A stretch of DNA of 64,000 nucleotides from Dehalococcoidia bacterium. Its GTDB lineage: Bacteria > Chloroflexota > Dehalococcoidia > Lucifugimonadales > CATOSD01. The translations under genes were made by a program, and so were the position numbers. The notes beneath the pieces were generated by a model. The model worked only from the letters and a program-made list of their open reading frames with translations. It made no database searches and was not told where the DNA came from. The DNA is taken from NCBI GenBank assembly GCA_965204815.1, contig OZ242014.1:3112532-3176531 (forward strand), written 5' to 3'. How positions within the stretch are numbered: position 1 is the first letter of the stretch; every line of letters starts with the position of its first letter. Below are positions 9,549 through 17,153 of the stretch, piece by piece.

Positions 9549-10202
9549 ATGGACGTTCAGACACTATCGCTTTCGCGAAGACAGATCATCGGCAAGAAGG
9601 TCAAGACTTTGCGCCGAAAGGGCATCGTGCCGGTGCACATGTACGGCAGCGGCACCGAGGCGCTGTCGTTGCAGACGGACGCGCTGGAGCTTCAACAGCT
9701 TCTGCCGCGAGTCGGCACCAACGTTCCGCTCTCCATCCGCCTGGAGGACGACTCCGGTGAGAACATCTGCTTCGTGAGAGAGGTGCAGCGCCACCCGGTG
9801 ACTGAGGAGATCCTGCACGTCGATTTCCTGCGTGTGGACGTGTCCCAGGCGATACAGGCCGAGGTGCCGATAAACGTGACCGGGGTATCCCCCGCGGTGC
9901 GCGACCTCAACGGCACGCTGCTGCTCCAGATGCAGTCTATTCTCGTGGAGGCGCTGCCTATGAACGTGCCCGCGTCCTTCGAGGTGGACATTTCGGGTCT
10001 GGACGACTTCGAGAAGGCCGTGTACGTGGGCGAGGTCGCCGTAGGCTCGCAGGTTACGCTGATAACGGGCACCGACGAGATGATCGCGAGGGTGAGCGCG
10101 CCCAGGATCGAGGTCGAGGCGGTCGACGAAGAGGAGGAAGAGGGCGAGCTCGAAGAGGGCGCGGAGGAGGCCGAGGAGGCCGCCGAGGAGACTTCGGCGT
10201 AG
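9549..10202 (+). CDS. rplY: 50S ribosomal protein L25 / general stress protein Ctc
   Basis: LRRKGIVPVHMYG N-terminal signature and an acidic C-terminal tail. ATG at 9549 inside the longer track ORF. Confidence 0.85.
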   Translation: MDVQTLSLSRRQIIGKKVKTLRRKGIVPVHMYGSGTEALSLQTDALELQQLLPRVGTNVPLSIRLEDDSGENICFVREVQRHPVTEEILHVDFLRVDVSQAIQAEVPINVTGVSPAVRDLNGTLLLQMQSILVEALPMNVPASFEVDISGLDDFEKAVYVGEVAVGSQVTLITGTDEMIARVSAPRIEVEAVDEEEEEGELEEGAEEAEEAAEETSA

Positions 10203-10252
10203 GCCAAGGCCACGCCCGGCGCGCCCGGGAGGAAGACGAGCTGAGGGTCAAC

Positions 10253-10501
10253 GTGAAGCTGTTCGCCGGCTACCGCGACAAGGTGGGGGCGTCCGACGTT
10301 GCGTTGGACCTGCCCGACGGCGCTTCGCTTGGCGCGCTGGCGCGCGAGATGGTGCGGCTGCATCCGGCGCTCATTTCCGAACCCGCGGACCTCGTGGCAG
10401 CTGTGAACCAGGAGTTTCGCGACCACGCCCACGCGCTCGCCGAGGGCGACGAGGTTGCGCTCATTCCGCCGGTGAGCGGGGGCGCGAGGTACACCGCATG
10501 A
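10253..10501 (+). CDS. moaD: molybdopterin synthase sulfur-carrier subunit MoaD (with post-GG extension)
   Basis: 82 aa beta-grasp pattern ending ...ALIPPVSGG-ARYTA. ATGA overlap with moaE. Confidence 0.7.
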   Translation: MKLFAGYRDKVGASDVALDLPDGASLGALAREMVRLHPALISEPADLVAAVNQEFRDHAHALAEGDEVALIPPVSGGARYTA

Positions 10502-10956
10502 TCGACATTACGCACGACGAGCTGGAACCCGACGCGATTACGGCGCGGGTGCGGCGCGACACCAACGGCGCGGTGCTGACCTTTCTGGGCACGACGCGCA
10601 GCTTCACTCGCGGGCGCCGCGTGCTTCACCTGGAGTACGAGGCGTACCGGCCGATGGCGGACAACAAGCTCGCCGAGATCGCCGAGGAGATGCGCGAGCG
10701 CTGGGACGTGGAGGACGTGGCCATCAGTCACAGGCTGGGCCGGCTGGAGATCGGAGACATCAGCCTGGTAGTCGCCGTGGCGTCGCCGCACAGGGAGCAC
10801 GCCTTCGAGGCCTGCCAGTACAGCGTGGACCGCATCAAGCAGATAGTGCCAATCTGGAAGAAGGAATACTTCGAGGGCGGCGAGGTGTGGGTGGGTAGCC
10901 AGGAGGACGACCATCTGCGCAAGCTCGAAGAGTCCGCGGCGGGCCGCCAGTCCTGA
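10498..10956 (+). CDS. moaE: molybdopterin synthase catalytic subunit MoaE
   Basis: 152 aa with GAVLTFLGTTR ... VVAVASPHREHAFEACQY ... PIWKKE conserved MoaE blocks. Confidence 0.85.
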   Translation: MIDITHDELEPDAITARVRRDTNGAVLTFLGTTRSFTRGRRVLHLEYEAYRPMADNKLAEIAEEMRERWDVEDVAISHRLGRLEIGDISLVVAVASPHREHAFEACQYSVDRIKQIVPIWKKEYFEGGEVWVGSQEDDHLRKLEESAAGRQS

Positions 10957-11189
10957 ATAGCGCAGAGCGTCCGCCGCTTGTAGTCAACCCTCCCTGCCCT
11001 GAACTGCCGCGCCCAATTCGCTCAACGCGCTGATACTCTTAGTGATTTATTTCACAAGCGAAACTTGCAAGCCAATGGTAACGGCGCACCTACGCCTGTA
11101 TTCCTCTTGTGTTCACATAGCAATGCGCGATAGTGTATGGTATATCCCCATATCAAACGCTATAGTTCCTACTTTCACAAAGTCCGCGC

Positions 11190-11219
11190 TTGCCTGGCCT
11201 TTCTCGCGTCTGATATATT
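11190..11219 (+). promoter_or_regulatory. candidate promoter of tRNA-Ser
   Basis: TTGCCT (11190-11195), 18 nt spacer, TATATT (11214-11219), 25 nt upstream of the tRNA 5' end. Confidence 0.4.
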
Positions 11220-11244
11220 AGGCGCACCAGAAAGCCAGCCGAAC

Positions 11245-11336
11245 GGAGGGATCGCATAGTGGTCTAGTGCGGCCGCCTGCTAAGCGGTTAGGGGGCGAAA
11301 TCCCCCTCATGGGTTCGAATCCCATTCCCTCCGCCA
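11245..11336 (+). tRNA. tRNA-Ser (anticodon GCU), class II with long variable arm, CCA encoded
   Basis: Acceptor GGAGGGA / TCCCTCC. Anticodon stem GCCGC/GCGGT with loop CUGCUAA. Variable arm GGGGGCGAAATCCCCC. T-arm ATGGG-TTCGAAT-CCCAT, then discriminator G and CCA. Confidence 0.9.
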
Positions 11337-11489
11337 CTCCAAAGTCTCGGCGGCCAAGATGACAATTCCAGACGATTCGATATGGGGATGCCGCCCTCAC
11401 CAGGGGCGTTCGCGGAGCGGGCGCAGGTGAGCAAACGGCATCCCTAAACATAACGTCCACAGGGCGCATCGCCCGACGACCCGGTGAAG

Positions 11490-12761
11490 ATGAACAGCTA
11501 CTACATTTGGACCATAGGCTGCCAGATGAACAAGGCGGACTCCGAGCGGCTCGAGAGCGCGCTCGGCCAGATGGGTCTTTCGTCCGCAGGCTCCCCAAAA
11601 GAGGCCGACGTGGTGGTGCTCAACAGCTGCGTCGTGCGCCAGAGCGCCGAGGACAAGGTCGTCGGCATGGTCACCAGCCTAAAGCCGCAGAAGAGCCGCG
11701 ACCCGGATAAGGTCGTCGCCCTGATGGGCTGCATGGTGGGGCCGAAGACCGATAGCCTGGAGCGGCGCTTCCCCTACGTGGACGTGTTCATGCGTCCGCA
11801 GCAGTACGGGCCGCTGCTCGACCTGCTGGGCGAGCGCATGGGCATAGACCCCGAGGGCTGCGTGGGCCCGCTCACGGCGCGGCCCGACGTCACCGCCTAC
11901 ATCCCAATCATCCACGGCTGCGACAAGTTCTGCTCCTTCTGCATCATCCCCTACCGCCGCGGCAGAGAGGTGAGCCGCACCATAGAGGACGTGGTGCGCG
12001 AGACGCGGCTGCTGGCGCAACGCGGCGTGAAGGAAGTGACGCTGCTGGGCCAGAACGTCGACTCCTACGGCCACGATCTGCCGGGCGACCGGGACCTGGG
12101 CGACCTGCTGGAGGCGACGAACGACGTCGACGGCATCGAGCGCATACGCTTCCTCACCTCGCACCCGTCGGACATGAGCGACCACATCATCGACTCGGTG
12201 GCCCGGCTCGATAAGGTGTGCGAGCACGTGAACCTGCCTTTCCAGGCGGGGGACGACGAGGTGCTGGCCTCCATGCGTCGAGGCTACACCAACGACGAGT
12301 ACCGCAGGCTGATAGACAAGATCCGCGAACGCATCCCCGGCGTCTCGCTGAGCACCGACGTAATCGTGGGCTTCAGCGGGGAGACCGAGGAGCAGTTCGA
12401 GCGCACGGTCGAGCTGGTGAGCGACATCTGCTTCGACAAGGTGCACGCGGCCGCCTACTCCACCAGGGAGGGCACGATCGCGGCCCGCATGATGCCGGAC
12501 GACGTGCCGCACGACGAGAAGCAGCGCAGGCTCAAGCGCCTGGAGGACGTGCAGGAGCAGAACCTGACCGCCATCAACTCGCGGCTCGAAGGCCAGCTAA
12601 CCGAAGTGCTGGTAGAGGGGCGCAGGCGGGGCCGCTGGTTCGGCAGAAACAGGAACGACAAACTGGTCTTCTTCGACGACGAGGCGGACCGCACGGGAGA
12701 GTTTATAGACATACGCATCGAGCGCACCGGCCCCTGGTCGCTGCAGGGCGCGCCGGTCTAG
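11490..12761 (+). CDS. miaB: tRNA-i6A37 methylthiotransferase MiaB
   Basis: N-terminal YIWTIGCQMN (UPF0004 Cys), radical SAM CDKFCSFCIIPY, and a C-terminal TRAM domain. Confidence 0.9.
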   Translation: MNSYYIWTIGCQMNKADSERLESALGQMGLSSAGSPKEADVVVLNSCVVRQSAEDKVVGMVTSLKPQKSRDPDKVVALMGCMVGPKTDSLERRFPYVDVFMRPQQYGPLLDLLGERMGIDPEGCVGPLTARPDVTAYIPIIHGCDKFCSFCIIPYRRGREVSRTIEDVVRETRLLAQRGVKEVTLLGQNVDSYGHDLPGDRDLGDLLEATNDVDGIERIRFLTSHPSDMSDHIIDSVARLDKVCEHVNLPFQAGDDEVLASMRRGYTNDEYRRLIDKIRERIPGVSLSTDVIVGFSGETEEQFERTVELVSDICFDKVHAAAYSTREGTIAARMMPDDVPHDEKQRRLKRLEDVQEQNLTAINSRLEGQLTEVLVEGRRRGRWFGRNRNDKLVFFDDEADRTGEFIDIRIERTGPWSLQGAPV

Positions 12762-12793
12762 CCGGCCGCCCGCGCACAAGGAGTTCGACCCAG

Positions 12794-14002
12794 ATGGTTA
12801 CCAAGCTCAGACAGCCAGTAATTCCCATCACAGAGATTGAGCAGTCCGCCTTCTGTCAGACGGACGAGGAGCTCTCCTCCAAGACCCTGGAGGAGGAGTT
12901 CCAGGCGGGGGTGCGCTGGCAGAAGCTGCCTGTCAGCTACATGCGCATGTCGCCGGAGGAGCTGGACGACCGCATAGAGGCGGCGCGGGCCAAGCTGGGC
13001 AGCAGCCTGGTAATCCTGGGGCACCACTACCAGCGGGACGAGATAATCAAGTTCGCCGACCACCGCGGCGACTCCTTCAAGCTGTCGCAGTTCGCGGCCT
13101 CGCAGAAGGACGCCGAGCACATCATCTTCTGCGGCGTCCACTTCATGGCCGAGACGGCGGACATCCTGAGCTCGGCGGACCAGCGGGTCATCCTGCCCAA
13201 CCTGGCGGCGGGCTGCTCGATGGCGGACATGGCGCGCATCGACGACGTGTACGACTGCTGGGACGACCTGCAGGACGTGCTGGGCGACCACGGCGGCGTA
13301 GTGCCCATCACGTACATGAACTCCACCGCCGGCATCAAGGCGCTGTGCGGGCGCAACGGCGGCATCGTGTGCACCTCTTCCAACGCCACGGCCACGTTCG
13401 AGTGGGCGTTCGAGCGCGGGGAGCGCGTGCTGTTCCTGCCCGACCAGCACCTGGGCCGGAACACGGGCCTCAAGATGGGCATCGGGCTGGACGAGATGCT
13501 GGTGTGGAACCCGTTCAAACCGCTGGGCGGCCACACCGAGGAGGCGCTGCGCAAGGCGAAGCTCATCCTGTGGCAGGGCCACTGCTCGGTCCACACCCGC
13601 TTCACCGTTGCCCAGATAGAGGAGGCGCGGCAGAAGTACCCGGACGTGAACGTCATCGTCCACCCGGAGTGCACGATGGAGGTGGTGCAGGCGGCGGACC
13701 TGGTCGGCTCCACCGAGTTCATCATCAACACCATACGCGGCGCCGAGCCGGGCAGCGTGTGGGCCGTGGGCACGGAGATAAGCCTGGTGAACCGCGAGGC
13801 GGCGGAGAACCAGGACCGCACGGTGTTCTGCCTGGACCCGGTGGTGTGCCCATGCTCCACCATGTACCGCATCCACCCCGCATACCTGTCCTGGGTGCTC
13901 GACGGCCTGCTCGAGGGCGTGACCGTGAACCCCATCACCGTCGACGACGAGACGGCAGAATTCGCGCGCGTCGCGCTGGACCGGATGCTGGCCGTCGTCT
14001 AG
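12794..14002 (+). CDS. nadA: quinolinate synthase NadA (long type)
   Basis: ILGHHYQRDEI, FCGVHFMAETADIL, HPEC and CPCSTM blocks. ATG at 12794 inside a longer out-of-context track ORF. Confidence 0.9.
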   Translation: MVTKLRQPVIPITEIEQSAFCQTDEELSSKTLEEEFQAGVRWQKLPVSYMRMSPEELDDRIEAARAKLGSSLVILGHHYQRDEIIKFADHRGDSFKLSQFAASQKDAEHIIFCGVHFMAETADILSSADQRVILPNLAAGCSMADMARIDDVYDCWDDLQDVLGDHGGVVPITYMNSTAGIKALCGRNGGIVCTSSNATATFEWAFERGERVLFLPDQHLGRNTGLKMGIGLDEMLVWNPFKPLGGHTEEALRKAKLILWQGHCSVHTRFTVAQIEEARQKYPDVNVIVHPECTMEVVQAADLVGSTEFIINTIRGAEPGSVWAVGTEISLVNREAAENQDRTVFCLDPVVCPCSTMYRIHPAYLSWVLDGLLEGVTVNPITVDDETAEFARVALDRMLAVV

Positions 14003-14003
14003 C

Positions 14004-14852
14004 GTGTTTCACCTGACGCCCGAAATCGAGTCGCTGATCGACCGCGCGCTAAGCGAGGACCTGTCTATCGGCGACCCCACCTGCGAGGCGCTCATCCCGC
14101 CGGACCTGCAGGCGCGCGCCGTGATGGTTGCCAAGACCGAAGGCGTGCTGGCCGGCGTCGGCGTGGCGCTCGCCGTCTTCCGCCGCGTAGACCCCACGCT
14201 GGACGTCTGCGCGCGGCTGCCCGACGGCTCGGCGCTGCGCCCGGGCGACGAGATCGCCGCAGTCAGCGGCTCCGCGGCGTCGATCATGATGGCCGAGCGC
14301 ACCGCGCTCAATTTCGCGCAGCGCATGAGCGGCATCGCCACCGCCACGCGCCGCTACGTGGACGCGGTGGCGGGCCACGACGCGCGGATAGTGGACACGC
14401 GCAAGACCACGCCGGGGCTGCGCACGCTGGACAAGTACTCGGTTCGCTGCGGCGGCGGCCACAATCACCGGCGCAACCTGGGCGACGGCATCCTGATCAA
14501 GGACAACCACATCCAGGCGCTGCGCGACGACGGTCTGAGCCTGGCCGACGTGGTGCGCAGGGCCTACGCGAACGCGCCGCACACGGTGCGCGTGGAGGTG
14601 GAGGTGGAGAGCGTGGAGGAGGCGCGGGAGGCGCTGGACGCGGGCGCGGAGATACTGCTGCTGGACAACATGTCGCCGGCGGAGATGGCACGGGCGGTGG
14701 AGCTGGCGCGCGGACGGGCGGTAACGGAGGCGTCGGGCGGCATCGACCTGGACACGGTGCGTGACGTGGCGGCGTCGGGCGTGGACCTCATCTCGGTGGG
14801 GGCGCTGACGCACTCGGTGCGAGCGCTGGACATCAGCCTGGACTTCGTGTAG
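14004..14852 (+). CDS. nadC: nicotinate-nucleotide pyrophosphorylase (quinolinate phosphoribosyltransferase)
   Basis: ERTALNF, DTRKTTPGLR, GGGHNHR and IKDNH blocks. Confidence 0.9.
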   Translation: MFHLTPEIESLIDRALSEDLSIGDPTCEALIPPDLQARAVMVAKTEGVLAGVGVALAVFRRVDPTLDVCARLPDGSALRPGDEIAAVSGSAASIMMAERTALNFAQRMSGIATATRRYVDAVAGHDARIVDTRKTTPGLRTLDKYSVRCGGGHNHRRNLGDGILIKDNHIQALRDDGLSLADVVRRAYANAPHTVRVEVEVESVEEAREALDAGAEILLLDNMSPAEMARAVELARGRAVTEASGGIDLDTVRDVAASGVDLISVGALTHSVRALDISLDFV

Positions 14853-14893
14853 TTCCCCCTCACATCAATCCTCTCCCACCAGGGGAGAGGAGG
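14853..14893 (-). repeat. family-2 hairpin repeat (CCTCTCCC-loop-GGGAGAGG plus GATGTGAGGGGGAA tail), reverse orientation
   Basis: ttccccctcacatcaatCCTCTCCCaccagGGGAGAGGagg fills the 54-nt gap between the convergent nadC and dtd stops. Confidence 0.8.
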
Positions 14894-14906
14894 CAAGCGG
14901 AGCCGC

Positions 14907-15371
14907 CTACCCGCGCCTGGGTCGCGTCCGGTCGGCGGAGTCGAGCATGATGGTGACGGGGCCGTCGTTGGTGCTGTGGACCATCATGTGGGCCTGGAAC
15001 ACGCCGGTCTGCACGCGGAGGCCGGACTGGCGGAACAGCTCGACGGCGCGGGCGAACTCGGCCTCGGCGCGGTCCGGCGGCGCGGCGGAGGAGAAGCTGG
15101 GCCTGCGTCCCCTGCGAGTGTCGGCGTAGAGGGTGAACTGGCTGACAAGCAAAAGCTCGGCCTCTACATCCAGGGCCGAGCGGTTGAATCTTCCCTCGTC
15201 GTCGGCGAATATGCGCAGGGTGATCGCCTTGCCGACTATGTAATCTGCGTCCTCGTGGGTGTCTTCGGCGGAGAAGCCGAGCAGGACCAGCAGCCCCGCG
15301 CCGATGGCCCCGACAGTCTCGTCCGCGACGGTCACGGACGCTTCGGAGACCCTTTGCACCAAGGCTCGCAT
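14907..15371 (-). CDS. dtd: D-aminoacyl-tRNA deacylase
   Basis: MRALVQRV ... SQFTLYAD ... G.RPSF signature blocks. Confidence 0.9.
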   Translation of the reverse strand: MRALVQRVSEASVTVADETVGAIGAGLLVLLGFSAEDTHEDADYIVGKAITLRIFADDEGRFNRSALDVEAELLLVSQFTLYADTRRGRRPSFSSAAPPDRAEAEFARAVELFRQSGLRVQTGVFQAHMMVHSTNDGPVTIMLDSADRTRPRRG

Positions 15372-15390
15372 TATGTGGAGGTGGAGTCCT

Positions 15391-15711
15391 CTACGCCGAC
15401 GTGGACTCGGCTTTCGCGCCCGTCTTGGACTTGCTCTCGGACTTGGCCTCGCCGTCGGACTTCTTCTCCGCCTTGGAGGCCTTCTTCTCTTCGGACTCCT
15501 TGGGCTCCGCCGGGGCGGAGGTGCTGCCGTTGCGCCTGCCGTAGTCGTTGACGTACCAGCCGCTGCCCTTGAAGACGATGGGTACGGCGTGGAACTGGCG
15601 TCGCGCTTTGCCCTCGCAGCTCGGGCAGGTCGCGACCGGCTCGGAGTCGAAGCTCTGCTTGAGCTCGAACCGGTGTTGGCACGAGTCGCACCTGTAATCG
15701 TATCTCGGCAA
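15391..15711 (-). CDS. FmdB-family zinc-ribbon protein with Lys/Glu/Ser-rich tail
   Basis: MPRYDYRCDSCQHRFE ... CPSCEG (CxxC-x..-CxxC). Confidence 0.75.
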   Translation of the reverse strand: MPRYDYRCDSCQHRFELKQSFDSEPVATCPSCEGKARRQFHAVPIVFKGSGWYVNDYGRRNGSTSAPAEPKESEEKKASKAEKKSDGEAKSESKSKTGAKAESTSA

Positions 15712-15781
15712 GTTCAGTCCCCCCTCAGCGCTTCATACTCCCCCACTTCGTCCGCCACGCACAATTTCCCATTCTGGACAC

Positions 15782-15810
15782 AATCTAACAATTGGCGGCG
15801 GGGCTGTCAA
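15782..15810 (-). promoter_or_regulatory. candidate promoter for the fmdB-like / dtd unit
   Basis: Minus strand TTGACA (15810-15805), 17 nt spacer, TAGATT (15787-15782). Confidence 0.4.
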
Positions 15811-15871
15811 GTTGAGACTTGGGCGGCAAGCCTCCTCCTGGCGAGTAGGCGACCGAATCCCCCGCACCTCC

Positions 15872-16009
15872 CTACGCGCCGCTAACCTCCACCGTCAGGC
15901 TGAGGCCCAGCGCGCGGAGCGCCCGCTGTAGCTGGCCCATGCGGGAGTTGTGGTCCGGGTGCGGCGCATTGACGGTTTCGGGGGGTTGGCCTACTCTTGA
16001 AGCGGATAA
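15872..16009 (-). pseudogene. possible C-terminal remnant of a HicA-like toxin gene truncated at the IS junction
   Basis: 46 codons ...PETVNAPHPDHNSRMGQLQRALRALGLSLTVEVSGA*. The pattern resembles the HicA C-terminus (PxHP..x..GtLraILkqaGL). The frame is closed by a TAG exactly at the IS end and has no start codon. Confidence 0.2.
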
Positions 16010-16010
16010 C

Positions 16011-16822
16011 TAGGTAGTGTTGACATTTCATCTTAGCCATATGAGAGCGCCGACGAAGTGGAGAAATCCAAGGTATCTATCCGCCAGCTTGTCGAATCGG
16101 GAGAAGATGTGGCGGTAGTGCTTGATCTTGCCTATGAAGCACTCAACGAGATGCCGCTCCCGGTACAGATACTCATCGTATGAGGGTGGCTCCCTGCGGT
16201 TCGAGCGAGGCGGGATCACCGGGGTAGCCTCGTTGCCGATGATCGACTCACGAAACTGACGGGAGTCATATGCGCGGTCTGCAATCACATACTCGCTCTC
16301 CATACCCCACACGAGCGCCTCGGCCTGAGTGACATCGTGCTCCTGTCCTGCGGTCAGCGTATACCTCAAGGGATTGCCGAGGCCATCGACAGCCACGTGG
16401 ACCTTCGTAGTGAACCCACCTCGGCTTCGACCGAGGGCTTGAGATGCTTGACCACCCTTTTTTTGGGTGCGCCCGCAGCCGAATGATGGGCCCGGACTAT
16501 GGTACTGTCGATTATCAGGTGCTCCATGTCAGGATCATCGGCGAAATGCTGATGCATTCGCTCCCATACTCCGTTCTCACACCATCGGCCGAACCGCTTG
16601 TAGACGCTGTTCCATTTCCCATACTCGGAAGGCAGTAGCCTCCATGACGCGCCAGACCTGCTCATCCACATGATAGCCTCGATGAACCGCTCACAGTCGG
16701 CCTCCTGTCCGACATACACGTCTGGCTGGCTACGAAGGAACTCCAACACCCGTGACCATTGCTCTGGAGATAGGTTAACTGTTGACATATACCCAGTATA
16801 ATGCAAATGTCAACACTACCTA
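16011..16822 (-). mobile_element. IS5-family insertion sequence (IS427-like group), apparently intact
   Basis: Perfect 16-bp terminal inverted repeats GGTAGTGTTGACATTT (16013-16028 and complement of 16805-16820). Flanking TA/TA inside a CTAG target. Two overlapping transposase frames. Lower GC than the flanks. Confidence 0.85.
16028..16788 (-). CDS. IS5-family DDE transposase, two frames joined by a likely programmed -1 frameshift
   Basis: OrfA (MSTVNLSPEQW..., DUF4096-like) and orfB (...GGFTTKVHVAVDGLGNPL..., DDE). An A7 slippery run (T7 on the plus strand, 16458-16464) lets the -1 frame read ...APKKKGGQASQALGRSRGGFTTKVH... Confidence 0.8.
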
Positions 16823-16831
16823 GTCGCAAGG

Positions 16832-17134
16832 ATGGGTATCATGCAGGCGAAGAAGAGGCTCACATTGGAACTGAGCGCTGACGTTCACGACAGACTGCGG
16901 ACTATGGCTACGCTCAAAGGTGAAACCGTGGAGCAGTTTTGCTTCTCGGCCATTTTGGATGCGTTGTCGCGTGACGAACCCAATGGCGTGAAACAGCGCA
17001 TGACGCTGGGCGAATGGGCCGACGACATGAAGGCGAGGCAGAAGGAACTCTACGGAGACAGGGTGCTGTCCGACGGTGCAGAGGATCTGCGCCAAGCACG
17101 TGAGATAAGAAATGCGCAGATGGATCGTTGGTAG
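16832..17134 (+). CDS. ribbon-helix-helix (CopG/VapB-like) antitoxin-type protein, no cognate toxin gene
   Basis: 100 aa. KKRLTLELSADVHDRLRTMATLKGETVEQF is an RHH strand-helix pattern. The C-terminal ...SDGAEDLRQAREIR resembles VapB tails. Only 19 nt separate its stop from the purL stop. Confidence 0.55.
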   Translation: MGIMQAKKRLTLELSADVHDRLRTMATLKGETVEQFCFSAILDALSRDEPNGVKQRMTLGEWADDMKARQKELYGDRVLSDGAEDLRQAREIRNAQMDRW

Positions 17135-17153
17135 TGAGGGGGGAAGGGATTTC

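Noticed and set aside
16782-16802. TTGACA and TATAAT hexamers on the plus strand near the right end of the IS, considered as an outward-reading promoter for the RHH gene.
   Set aside because: The hexamers are only 9 nt apart, which is incompatible with sigma70 spacing.
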